Origin: an uncultured virus (IMG/VR IMGVR_UViG_3300028888_000090)
Lineage: Duplodnaviria; Heunggongvirae; Uroviricota; Caudoviricetes; Crassvirales
Strand: one strand, 5' to 3'
Length of the DNA stretch: 64,000 nt
IMG/VR virus record: IMGVR_UViG_3300028888_000090
Part shown: positions 47,701 through 57,300 of the stretch, piece by piece
Position numbering within the stretch: the stretch's first letter is position 1
How the letters are laid out: every line of letters starts with the position of its first letter
Program-made: the position numbers and the translations under genes
The notes under the pieces: model-generated
The model's input: the letters and a program-made list of their open reading frames with translations, nothing else
What the model was told of the DNA's origin: nothing
The model's database searches: none

Positions 47701-49155
47701 ATTCTTTCTTTCAAGAGCAGTTTTAGCTCTAGCTAAACCACTACCAGCACCTTGGAAAACAATACCACCAGCAACACCCCAAAAAGCACTTTCCCAAAGT
47801 TCAGGATTATTCATATATTGTCTAAGACGATTACTAAAAGTAGTATTAGCTTCCATAGAAAGCATAGATTTGCCAACTTCCATACCTTCTTGTTGAGCGA
47901 TATAGTTAACAGCTTCTTCAACACCTTCACTAGCTTGAGCTAATCCTACAGTTCTACCTGCATAAAAAATGTCTCCAATTTTATCAGCAGCTTTTGTACC
48001 AAAACTTTGTTTAGCTACAAGTTCTTCAAGTTCTTGAAGTGTACTATATTTACCAGCAAAACGTCTTGCATTCTTGTCAAGACGTCTAGCAGCAGCACTA
48101 ACTTTACTGTTTCTAAATCCATGAAAAGCTACATTGCGAAGAGCATAAAGTTCAATAATATCAAATACAGTATTTGCATAATCAGCTTTAAAAGTTAAAT
48201 CAGAAGATTGTCTAGCAACAGCTTTGGCTACTTCGTCTTTATTTGAAGTATCTACACCTCTAACTGTATTTTGATTTCTATTTAAAAAGTTGTTATATTC
48301 TTCATCACTCATAGTGTTTAAACTATCAAGAACATCAACATACATATCATTATATACTTGACGAGCTTCTTGATAATTCTCCATAGTTCTACTTAATGCA
48401 GCAGTAGTAGCATTTTTAGCAAAAAGTTTTCCTGTTTCATAAGCTTTTGAAGAAATACCAACACTATGACCTGCTTTATGTGTTCTATCTAATCTTTCAG
48501 CAGTACGTAACCATTTAGCACCAGCTTTAGTTCCTTTAAGAGCAGCTTTACCTGCCATACTTAAAAGCTTTGTACCACCAGCTGCAGGAATTAAAAGACT
48601 CAAAGAAGTAGCAATACTCGGAATGTTTTGCATCCACCAACCAAAATCCGTACTGCTACCAAAACCAGTACCTGGTCTAGAATAAATAGGAGCTACTTCA
48701 TTATTGAATTTATCTTCCCATTCTTCAAGTTTAGCAGAAACAGGATTGCTATAATCGTGATCAGAAACACCAACAGCTTGACCTATAGCATCAAGTAAAT
48801 CAACACCACCTTTTACTACATCAAGTGTTGTATCTACTATAGTTTGACCTATAGCATTACGTAATTTAGCCCAATTAGATTGTACTTCTGCAAGTTGAAA
48901 ATCTAAACTTCCGTTAGCTGCATCTCTAGGATTCCAATGAAGACCTGCTTTTTCATATTTTTTAATATCTTCATAATTAACCCTGTAACCGTTTAGTAAA
49001 TCTTTTTTAACAACATCTACTACAGCATTTTTATCAGCTTCTAGGTCTATAATATCCAAAGTCCTAGGTCCTTTATTTTTCTTGGACCTAGGATTATAAT
49101 CTGGATTAGCAATAGTTATTGTACCGTTATTTTTAATAAACTCATTAAAATCCAT
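41773..49155 (-). CDS. large polyvalent virion (ejected) protein with zincin HExxH motif and C-terminal ART-PolyVal-like domain, 2460 aa
   Basis: Hydrophobic N-terminal helices; LIHEQLH (43072-43086) with downstream EEFLVE; QVRTKAFKDWFGDW..VVDENGEPLVVYHG..GVYFS..VFLNIRNP..GYDGI..EYVVFNSNQIKSA. Confidence 0.8.
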   Translation of the reverse strand: MDFNEFIKNNGTITIANPDYNPRSKKNKGPRTLDIIDLEADKNAVVDVVKKDLLNGYRVNYEDIKKYEKAGLHWNPRDAANGSLDFQLAEVQSNWAKLRNAIGQTIVDTTLDVVKGGVDLLDAIGQAVGVSDHDYSNPVSAKLEEWEDKFNNEVAPIYSRPGTGFGSSTDFGWWMQNIPSIATSLSLLIPAAGGTKLLSMAGKAALKGTKAGAKWLRTAERLDRTHKAGHSVGISSKAYETGKLFAKNATTAALSRTMENYQEARQVYNDMYVDVLDSLNTMSDEEYNNFLNRNQNTVRGVDTSNKDEVAKAVARQSSDLTFKADYANTVFDIIELYALRNVAFHGFRNSKVSAAARRLDKNARRFAGKYSTLQELEELVAKQSFGTKAADKIGDIFYAGRTVGLAQASEGVEEAVNYIAQQEGMEVGKSMLSMEANTTFSNRLRQYMNNPELWESAFWGVAGGIVFQGAGSGLARAKTALERKNEKKKNKPNEKTGEDVNASTKWKELWELPDVKRVKASIENRLALENNYQANVKQVLDNNEISAEEKEIYLQALREQRRTELALNAMDSGTVDMLKGYLEDDNVKQALIDKGIVTKEEADAIQREDVEAIQKVQDRYDDNVRRLNAISKNIYAKNGTHIPTEYLQIIARNNIAAQLTVENLQRQLASWSEDATSLQHDLEENDKIDANINYKEAIRLRWLSEKLGQLEADKKAILDNKKLANSISGKEKLRELDANIAVVKKQVAELNPENTIENLLFAIQTSLSYEKFNGEYLETGRRKEYVDFTNALLSKDTKYFEKLDNKLVGIEERHFGARDVLSQNMTRALAKNETNISNISKELGEAYATLASLQYMIDAERTNIKLNDEEVEQEVGYIHNYMNEVRKQKIADSKKTLEHLADTYGSENIRNLVTQRYNGKPLDYTGVNMTEDDKNLLNEVLDTLNLSEKLNSDLAVEIDSILAIHDAVKAAQDADKDSRTIKNSSTIQNADLGTQNQNRDNVSTEAQQTEIGQKEAQIEANRVQTNTQPTQSQNNNPSGLNVANIGDEVTVDTDGNYTFMATDNPDQFKVTFNSTTNNVKHFNNFNLFTQEEGVDLTNDNYIIAKKPIIDRQGNVIEKGALALATTDNAAQAEANAVDDEQQRQQQIASTGEVVNPQLSPEQVAGVQEEKPAEDTSKAAEIPYDANDVKSLANADMISEVSAAIKDKKDIDWDDFRKRLNDKYQPDGNTSQTITEDIESVIRAGKKLAERKGVQSVDAVTDVIAKSSRLRENTSNEEAKKEFSDSVQKLLDVFNSEVGIDIVNGKRYINIEALCRYCDKVLNDKLSAGLLLNSLLEHVKDNKNYVVTDSNPDRVQERLRKDISSFDTSEQQLGIDYLNVLRQVETSRDENARKAFYEVIDNIQPGDKIDITREDRGLIFTVNGVKIGSLPYPKVSNDGTLYQDNDNWNTDIKIVQGGNIQSKLQDLFIRWATDTTNSDVKELNDIILQYLDPNYNGDKSELVKQFKENKEVKKAVASKLTVDTPDYEKLLKGIAKVWQYTRANGGNFDGSILEARQQDIQQWFKERVAPSYVFIQKLKENPNLEVEVNKITEGDRIETKQDKKLPVSKAIGSNHKGKVKLGICLDNNAITLAGGGINGSTRYEWSQAKQGRTWIAIPARDGNHAFVHAFRQKVNSNSISKTAKDIKNAIYSEIRRICSDDKMFQDDKAKTLQTLLRKVLPVYTQGTNKPNSTASFFDSNSEEETNITIGDNPRNSRGFTFSYRTSKNDKNVYIDVWNDGIARKSGQILDNNQLAEEIINAIEHCCTFNLSFAAINSDLGHAERQYLTKRGTNGEYIVSIPNQGDFTFASYNDFVLDNDLVLATTEPTPDGRSNFNRISDNYRANQQLYVKISNDTTSPVEESVEESTTASTVANPRETEILDVLNSKRIKNKAEKLADLLFGKKVRKSLSFGKKKYKLFPKNIIFVDRNIEDNALVNTSDRPLLHEDTQILIPAKTVVLGKEWLEMATNDNIEERKQAAKKLIHEQLHILLSGENSKYVEQIREVFDEFAEKNTNEELNKYLYKWDEARYYTDGKLNQEGLEEFLVETLTSNELANALNNIETTSTEDKTKKESLFQKIMKLLAKIIGIDIKQGSLYEKEFKLLRDVLSSDSQLEINFEENTEETTEKTNEEFLDFLQSDAADVLNDDDMDIFGSRIREETSTNYTPEMQSIKDKAIADSTFMKAPNGNPTNLTERQWLQVRTKAFKDWFGDWENDAANASKVVDENGEPLVVYHGGQANIDVFNPRTEELPADVIKTNLHRKNRVGVYFSKDIQIGENYTRLYKENGKIYNVFLNIRNPFNVKFSTTVKNRLIRLITFGKIRNLDAGDVYTNDLDNLLAGYDGINHSNGMEYVVFNSNQIKSATDNVGTFSKTDNNIKHSRIRENTVPSISAYISSFPIEEQPKIIDKIENGEISISCK

Positions 49156-49167
49156 AATTGTTGTTCT

Positions 49168-51060
49168 TTAATTTTTAGAATAAACACTATTTCCTCTAAT
49201 TAAATCAATACTCATATAATCATATAATTCATATAGATGTCTGAGTTTTTCAAGAACTTGATATTGAAAATCTTCAGGATGTAAATAAACTCTTTCTCTA
49301 AGTTCAGGATTAAATAAAGCATCAATAGTTTCTTGAGTAGGACCTTTATAATAATTATTACCTTCTAAATCTTCAAAAGGAATATCTCTAAAAAGTTCTT
49401 GTACCGCTTTAATACTAATTTGTTTAACAGCTTGTTCATAACCAGCTTTATTTATTTCTCCTCTTTCATTCATATATCTATATTTCAATCTGCTAGCTTC
49501 TTCTTTAATAAGATCTTCATTAATATCTCTTATAGCTCTTTCTTTAGCATCAGCAGAATTATCCATATAAATTTGATCACCAACATATCTATAAACAATA
49601 CCGTTTTCATCAACGCCTATTTGAGTACCATCTATACTTTCGTGTTTGTATTGATAATCAATCATATTATTCCATTCTTTAACAGCTCTAAGACCAGTGT
49701 CATTGTTCATTTGAGATTCAATCTCTTCAGTAAGAAATCCTGGAATAAATATTTGGATAGGTTTATTAGTATAAGTTCCGCTACCTCTTTTACCTTTGTG
49801 TTCATATAAAGCATCAGGATCGATTGAAATATGAAGACCAACTCTACCTCCAGAAGTTTCACCTAAGTAATGAATTTTACTAGCTGGAACTCCTTTTAAA
49901 ATATTCTTAAATTTATCCCAATCTTCAGGTTTAAGTTTATGTCTTATTTCACTCGAAGCTTCATCATTTTTATCATTAAAGTAATCAGTATAAATTTCAT
50001 AATCTCCATAAGATAGAGCAGCTAATCTACTACGAACATTTACACCTTTTTCTTCTTTCATTCTAGTATTATATTCTTGCCAAGACATTTGACCAGAATT
50101 ATAAAGTTCATCTAAAACGTCAGTTCTATCAGTTTTAATATCAAAAACTTCAGCACTGTAAATTTGAGTATCAACATTAGCTTTATGTTCTATTTGTGTA
50201 GTTCTATTTTTAGCAACATCAACAAGACTATTCATGTGATTAACAATAGCTACATCCCTTGCTTGTCTTGTATAACCAATTTCATTTGTACTAGAATAAG
50301 GCAACGCATATTCAGGAAGATTACTATCTGTTATTTCACCTTTATTATCAAGTCCTGTAATTTTAACTTGATTTTCAGTAAAATATCTACGAGGAATACC
50401 GTTTAAAACTCGTGTACAGCAATCAGCATTTTTATCAAATTCTACTATAACTTTACCTTCTACTTTACGTATTCTCCCACCACGAGCTTCTAATTCTTTT
50501 TCTGTAAGTCCAGCATTAGAAAGCATAGTATAATAATCGTTTTCATCTTTTTTAAGAAAATCTAACCCAAATAAAGATTTTTTATCATTAAACTCAAGTT
50601 TGATTGCTGTAGCTTTTCTATCATTTGTTGAACCTAAAGCATCAAGGTCATCAATATATGCAGCAGCATCAGGATTTGCATCTCTAAATTCTTTATCTGT
50701 TTTATATTTAAGAACAGGTTCTCCTGCAGCATTATTTATAGTTTTGCATCTTAAAGCTTTTAAACCACCTGGTGAAAAAACACTATTAGTAAAATCAACA
50801 GTATTCTCTTCACCTTCAGGTATGTTCTTATAATAGGCTTGAGCTTTACGACCTTCATCTCTAAGTTGAAGAATTCTATTATTAAATTCTGCATCTTTTT
50901 GAGCATCTTTAAATTGATATTGAGACAAATAATCAGCAAGTTCTAAATATTGTTTATTAGCCAAAAGTTGATTAGCTTTTTCTTGACTAAAACGATACTT
51001 ATCTTTCATTTCAAAAGTACCGTGTTTTCCTATATAATTATAATCGTTAAATGTAAGCAT
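49168..51060 (-). CDS. putative virion cargo/internal protein (630 aa)
   Basis: Position between tail genes and RNAP genes; no motif recognised. Confidence 0.6.
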   Translation of the reverse strand: MLTFNDYNYIGKHGTFEMKDKYRFSQEKANQLLANKQYLELADYLSQYQFKDAQKDAEFNNRILQLRDEGRKAQAYYKNIPEGEENTVDFTNSVFSPGGLKALRCKTINNAAGEPVLKYKTDKEFRDANPDAAAYIDDLDALGSTNDRKATAIKLEFNDKKSLFGLDFLKKDENDYYTMLSNAGLTEKELEARGGRIRKVEGKVIVEFDKNADCCTRVLNGIPRRYFTENQVKITGLDNKGEITDSNLPEYALPYSSTNEIGYTRQARDVAIVNHMNSLVDVAKNRTTQIEHKANVDTQIYSAEVFDIKTDRTDVLDELYNSGQMSWQEYNTRMKEEKGVNVRSRLAALSYGDYEIYTDYFNDKNDEASSEIRHKLKPEDWDKFKNILKGVPASKIHYLGETSGGRVGLHISIDPDALYEHKGKRGSGTYTNKPIQIFIPGFLTEEIESQMNNDTGLRAVKEWNNMIDYQYKHESIDGTQIGVDENGIVYRYVGDQIYMDNSADAKERAIRDINEDLIKEEASRLKYRYMNERGEINKAGYEQAVKQISIKAVQELFRDIPFEDLEGNNYYKGPTQETIDALFNPELRERVYLHPEDFQYQVLEKLRHLYELYDYMSIDLIRGNSVYSKN

Positions 51061-51062
51061 AA

Positions 51063-52289
51063 TTATCTTGAACCTTGATTGTTAGTATTTGATGTATATT
51101 TGTTAGTTTCATCAAAGAAACTAATACCTTCAACTCCAGCTTTAACAGCTTTACTCATATCAAAATTACGTCCCATTTCGTTAGAACCAGCACGGGATGT
51201 ATTAAGAGATGGTGATGGATTTTCTGAAGTAAACGTTCCATTACCTGAACCACCACTACTTTTACTATCACCTATAGAACTACTATCACTAAAAACCCAA
51301 TTATATGAAAGATTATCAGCATATAAACCTTGTTCTACTCTTCTAGTAAAATAAGTTATCCAACCGTTTTTATCATTAGTAAGTTTTATATTATTACCAC
51401 CTGTAAGAAGTAAATTTAAACTACTAAATTGTTCTTCTTTAAGCATACGTTCAGTACTACCTTCAGGAAGTTGTTCAATCTCTTCTCTTAATTCTCCAAG
51501 TTTATCCATTTTAACAGAAAAATCTTGAACAAGAGCATCCCAATTATCTCCAAGAAGTTTTTGAGCAGCATTGGCAATAACCTCAGGTTTCATTCTTTCA
51601 TATTGTGTTTCACCACTTGTGGTTATATTAGTAATAGTACCTTGATCATTTAAATTTGTAGTACCTCCACTTTTACCTTTTTCTGGCATATTTAGTTGCT
51701 TTGCAGCAATAAATATGTTTTCCCATTTTAAATCATCAACAGGAGTAAAATTGCTTTTCCAATCTTCAGCTCCTATAATACGACCATTTTCTTCTATATT
51801 AGTATGTTTATAAGGGTTGTTTTTAACCCACCAATTAAATGTATCTTGGTCAATACCATTACCTACTCTCTGTCTTTGTCTTTCATATTCTTGATTATAC
51901 TGAGCATTAGTTCTTATTCTAGCATTCAGTTCAGTATCATTAGCAATATCACCTGCAGCTTCAATTCCTGTTTGCAAAGCTGTTGCATAATCACCAACTT
52001 CTGATGCAGTTTTAATATCATCTTCAATCTTTCTAGCTTTAGCATCAAACCAAGCAAGAGTTTCATCATCTTGATGAAGTTGTTCTCTAGCTTTACCAAG
52101 AGCTTGTTTGACTAAACTTTGTTGAGTTACAGATTTCTCTTTTCTTTCTTCTTGTTTAGCCATTGCTCTTTCTAATATAGAATAATCCTGTTCAACAGGC
52201 TTAAATTCTATAGGAGTGAACACTGTAGGTTGAAAATCTACAGTGTTCAAACTTAATCTATTTCTATTATATTGATTATATCTAGCCAT
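51063..52289 (-). CDS. putative virion cargo/ejection protein (408 aa)
   Basis: Helical coiled-coil N-terminus, Ser/Gly-rich tail, same operon. Confidence 0.6.
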   Translation of the reverse strand: MARYNQYNRNRLSLNTVDFQPTVFTPIEFKPVEQDYSILERAMAKQEERKEKSVTQQSLVKQALGKAREQLHQDDETLAWFDAKARKIEDDIKTASEVGDYATALQTGIEAAGDIANDTELNARIRTNAQYNQEYERQRQRVGNGIDQDTFNWWVKNNPYKHTNIEENGRIIGAEDWKSNFTPVDDLKWENIFIAAKQLNMPEKGKSGGTTNLNDQGTITNITTSGETQYERMKPEVIANAAQKLLGDNWDALVQDFSVKMDKLGELREEIEQLPEGSTERMLKEEQFSSLNLLLTGGNNIKLTNDKNGWITYFTRRVEQGLYADNLSYNWVFSDSSSIGDSKSSGGSGNGTFTSENPSPSLNTSRAGSNEMGRNFDMSKAVKAGVEGISFFDETNKYTSNTNNQGSR

Positions 52290-52295
52290 AATAGT

Positions 52296-54344
52296 TTATG
52301 CTTTATTTAAATTACTTTCACCAAAGGCATCTTCTAATTGTTTAGCCCAAACATCATATTGATTACCTGTACCTTTGTATTTTTTGTAACGCTTATAATA
52401 AATTCTAGCAGTATCTATATCACCGTTTTTAATAGTATAGTTTAAATCATTTTCAGGAGTCCAGCCATATCTACTCATTTTTAATTCGTTTTGCATTTTA
52501 GCATTTGTTGCAAAAGCATTAGCAAAAGCATTACCTCCTGTATTAATGGCATTAGCAAAACCTTGAGCATTAGCAGATCTCATATTAGCTAAAGTAGATT
52601 GTCTTTGAAGAAGAGCATCAGCTCTAGCCTGAGCAGAACCTGTAATTCTTTCATTAGCAATATCGTTATTATATTGAAGCATACTGAGATATGCTTGACC
52701 ATATGCTTGATTTGCTTGAGTATCACGATTGGCGTTTTCATTAGCAACTTGAGTAATACGAGCCATGTTTTCTTGAAGAATACCTTGACGAAGTTTGTCA
52801 GCGTTTGATTCAATTTGAGCAATTCTGTCATTATAGTCAACCTCAGCTCTTGCACTTCTATCTTGAGTGGCTGCAGAACTTAAAGTACCACGATTAATTC
52901 TACCAAGATTTCTCTGAAGAGTTCGTTCCGCTGCACTTCTTTCAGCACCTGTATTAACAATAGGTGCTTGTAATGCAGCCATAGCGTGTGCAGCACGATA
53001 ATCTCTACGATTGAGTAGACTCATATCAATACCTCCTAATCTGCTATAAGCGTCAGCAAGAATATTACCTGCTTGACCATAAGCACCAGCTAATTGTCTT
53101 GCAGCTATAGTATTACCTATTGCACCAATGCCTGCTGCAAGTAAATTAGAACCGGCACTAATACCAGCACCAAGAAGATTTCCTTGAACAGTTGTCATAC
53201 TGCTTCTTCCGCTTCTTGTAGTAGGTCTTGGAGTATTTGAAAATATATCAGTATTTAATACCGGTCTAGTGATAGTAGGAGTCATAGGCATACTTCTTGT
53301 TGTAGGAATGTTATAATCACCTACAGCACCATTCCAATTTGTTGTAGTAGTAAACCAATCCATATTGTTATAAGGAGGTCTGCTGAAATTAAAACCATAA
53401 GCAGCCTTATGTCTACCACCACATTTAAGTTGTCTAGTTCCTGCAACAACTCCTGTTGCAACAGGAGCAAGAAAATCAAGACTTAAATCAGGAGTAATAG
53501 GAATTGCAACAGCAGCTCCAGATGTAGCCATCCTTCTTACAGGGGTATTAGAACTACGCTTACCATCATCACTAATACCATAAATATCTTTAATTCTTTC
53601 TTGAATAGCAAAAGCTTCAAGAGGATCTTGTCCAGCAAGAACTGCTTGTGCAGGATTGTATCCCTTAAGAGAATGTTTACTAATGAATTTTGCATCATTA
53701 GGAGTAACAAGCATTAATTCCCCTTGATTAGAATTCTGATTTCCTTCTCCTTCAATAGTAGAAGAATTAGCAAATCTAATACCTACACCAGTTTTATTTC
53801 TACCACCTTGTGCTTTATGATAATGTTCATGGTCATTACCAACAATTTCATACAAGTCATAACCTTCAGGAGTAGTACCGATAGGAATAACAGAGCCACC
53901 ATCAGTAACTGTAAAAGGAAGATTGCCATTGCTCCCCTGTAGAAGAGATGTACTATTTCTCAACTTCCTTCTAACACTACCACCTCTTTTAACTTGAGTT
54001 CTTGCCATTTCTCTCATTTGATTAGCATTTTGTTGTCCTGCAAGAATTTGAAGATTCATTTGAATATCTTTTTGTAAATCTCTATTACGTTCATTTTGTT
54101 CTTTAGTAAAAGTAAGAGATTTTTCTTGCAAAGCATTATTATTTTCATTTTGTCTTGTTAAAGCATCTGCGTTTGTTTGAGCAGAAGCAGTAACAGCGTC
54201 TGCTTGTTGTTTAGCAGCACTAGCAGTACTAGCAGCATTAATGGCAGCAGCGGCTAAAGTCGCTCCTGCCATAATAGCTCCGTCAATACCAAACTGAGCT
54301 TTTAATCTACTATTTCTAAGTCTATTTCGTTTTGCCATAATCAC
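52296..54344 (-). CDS. putative cargo/ejection protein with membrane-interacting helices (682 aa)
   Basis: Ala/Gly-rich hydrophobic segments (GATLAAAAINAA; LLGAGISAGSNLLAAGIGAIG), Gln/Asn-rich coiled coils, KxGG linkers; directly follows the muzzle-like gene. Confidence 0.65.
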   Translation of the reverse strand: MIMAKRNRLRNSRLKAQFGIDGAIMAGATLAAAAINAASTASAAKQQADAVTASAQTNADALTRQNENNNALQEKSLTFTKEQNERNRDLQKDIQMNLQILAGQQNANQMREMARTQVKRGGSVRRKLRNSTSLLQGSNGNLPFTVTDGGSVIPIGTTPEGYDLYEIVGNDHEHYHKAQGGRNKTGVGIRFANSSTIEGEGNQNSNQGELMLVTPNDAKFISKHSLKGYNPAQAVLAGQDPLEAFAIQERIKDIYGISDDGKRSSNTPVRRMATSGAAVAIPITPDLSLDFLAPVATGVVAGTRQLKCGGRHKAAYGFNFSRPPYNNMDWFTTTTNWNGAVGDYNIPTTRSMPMTPTITRPVLNTDIFSNTPRPTTRSGRSSMTTVQGNLLGAGISAGSNLLAAGIGAIGNTIAARQLAGAYGQAGNILADAYSRLGGIDMSLLNRRDYRAAHAMAALQAPIVNTGAERSAAERTLQRNLGRINRGTLSSAATQDRSARAEVDYNDRIAQIESNADKLRQGILQENMARITQVANENANRDTQANQAYGQAYLSMLQYNNDIANERITGSAQARADALLQRQSTLANMRSANAQGFANAINTGGNAFANAFATNAKMQNELKMSRYGWTPENDLNYTIKNGDIDTARIYYKRYKKYKGTGNQYDVWAKQLEDAFGESNLNKA

Positions 54345-57300
54345 TCATTCTAAATGTTACATTTTCAATTTTAAAATTACGGTTATTAAATATAAGTCTA
54401 AAGACAAAATATTTACCATAGATAAGACTATTTTCTTGTGTTAGATTTTGTCTTTGTGGATACTTGGTTAAATCTACAAGTTTATTAGGACCAATATTAG
54501 GTGCTTGTGTATACTTAAATAAATCAGAATTAGGTGCAGTATAAACATTTCCGTTTTGAATAACATCTCTAAAATAATTTATACTAAAAACACCACAGTT
54601 GTAAGTAGGATATTGCCAAGATTCTTTAACAGCATTAATGTTTGAGTTAGCATCTACATTTCTATATTCTTTAGAAAGTTTTGCTTTACCATTTGCATCA
54701 GTGAGTTCAATAAGATTTGTAGCACAAGAATCTGAGTAAACTCTAAGTTTATCTCCATCATAAAGTCTATTCAATTCTTCTTCAGCTACAAAGTTTAAAC
54801 TATGACCATAATTAAGTATCTCTGAACAAATCCAATTTATATAGTTAAGAACTTTTATTTTTTCATACTCAACATTAGCAATTATATCAATACAAGAAGA
54901 AGCAGCATTTAGTTCTATAGGAAGAGGCATATCTTGTATAGATATAATAGATTGTGTATAACAATTTTGATATGCATTAAAATAACTATTATTGTTAGCT
55001 ATTATTTTATCTGTTACTCTATAAATAGACCAACCAATTAATGTTTCATCAGAATAATTATCATGAACAAAATAAGTATGACGTCTACTATGAAAACCAA
55101 ACTTAAAATCTATATCGTGAATAGAAATAAAAGATTTAGATTTAAAGTTAAAACTAAGACAAACATTGCCTTGATCATTACGAAGATTTACAAAAAATCT
55201 ATCATTAATTTCATCACCAACAAATTGAACATCTGTAGGATTGAGATCATCTATAATTTTTTGAATAGGTTCACTAATATTACCGATTTGTTGTTCACCT
55301 CCAAAAGCATAAATGATTTTAGCTACAGCATCATAGAAAACATAAGCATTAAATGTAACAAGACTTTGTGCTTTATCTTTCAATCCACCATAGCCATATT
55401 GAGCGTCAAATACTTCAGAAATACCACTATTAAAAATATCATTTTCTTGTAGTATTACTTCTTCTTCTTGAGCATTAAGAGTTTTATTATCGCTAAACTT
55501 AAATAACGAATGTTCACAATGAACATAAAGAGTATTAGCAATACCTACTAAATTTGTTATAACTCCTCTGTGTGTAGGAACATTATAATAATCTGTAGCT
55601 TCAAATCTATAAATATATCTATATAGTTCATCTACGTCTACAGCACTGACACGAATAGTATTATCAAATTTAGTTATCTTGTTTGTAGTATATTCTTGAT
55701 ATAATTTTCTAGTATAATCTTTATAAAAACCTTTAAGTTCAAGACTATAACTTGCTAATAAAGAATTAACAAGAGTTATTACTTGCTTTTCACTAGTTTC
55801 ATTATCTTCACCTTCATTTTGAATAGCATAACGTCTTATGATGGGAGTTAAATCACTAGTTAAAGACACATAATTTAAATTATAATTAGAGAATATATAG
55901 GCTTTATTACTATTATGATAAGCTAAAGCTGTTTCTACTAAATCAACATTCAGAGTAGTTCCTGTAATGTCTCTAGTATAAACATCACTTCCAGACACAT
56001 AATATCCATTAGGATCATAACAATATTCTCTAGATAAAGTAACAACTTCACAAAAATATCCCGGACTATTTAGATTAATAAGTTCTGTATAATTAACTGC
56101 TTCAATAGGATTTAACTTAATAAAAGGAGTTACTTTTATAAGTTGTTTATTGTAAGGTTTACCTGTAGAATCAACAATAATCCAACATTTAGTATCTATT
56201 TCAGAATCTCCTTCAGTTGTAAATTCAACATGACCAGAACCACCGAGATACTCTAAAGGATTTGTAGTACTACTTGAATAATAGTTAGCAAAATTAGTTA
56301 ATGTAACACCTTGTGAATTCTTTATAGTAATGTTAGTACTGGTATTATACAGTAAACAATTCAAATCTAAACAATCAACTTTATGTGTTGTTTTATTATT
56401 TGTAGAATTAAAATCATGTTCATAATTATAACCTTGAGCAACATTATTTCCATATTTAGTACAAGAAATAAAACAACTTACATAACCATTTGGACATATG
56501 ATATTGTCAAATTGAGGAACTATAATATAACGATCATCTGTTATTTCTTCAAGTTTGAAATATTGCCCATTATGAGAACCATCTTGATAAACAGCATATT
56601 CTTTCAAATCTGGAGTATACCAAGATAAATCTCCAATATTACTTATATCATAAAGAGTCGTTATTGTACTTAAATTGTTAATTGCTGCATTTATAACCTC
56701 AGCAGGAACATCGTTTAATGCAACAGGTTTATATTGTTTACAATATCTATTAATTTCTTTAGTACCTATATAATAACCATTAGTTACAATACCATTTTGT
56801 GTTACATAGTGAACGTAAAAATCATATTTAGTAAAAGGAAGAAAAGTATTATATTCGTTATATACATAACTAGTTGTTATAACACTAGATTTAATAGCAA
56901 CAGCTACTTTTAGTTGATTGTGACTGACAGTCCGATAATATCTTATGGCAGGAACAACTTCACCAAAATAAGTCATAGTCGTATCTTCAGTCTTTATAGC
57001 ACTGATACTATCAAAATCAACTATAAAAGATATTATTTCTATTTGTGTACCATTGATGTTTATACTAAAATTTCCGTTTGTATTTACACCAACTATACTA
57101 TCTTTTACAGTATCAATTACGCTATCTATTATAGTATCGTAATTTTCATTTGCCAATTCTACAAAAGGAACATATTCTTGTATATCGTATGTATTATTGC
57201 TACTATCAACCGCACTAACTTTTAGAAGTCTAGGTTTTACATTTTCTGTATATGTAACAGGTATACTAGCAGGTTGTGTATTAATAGTTACATCTTCTGA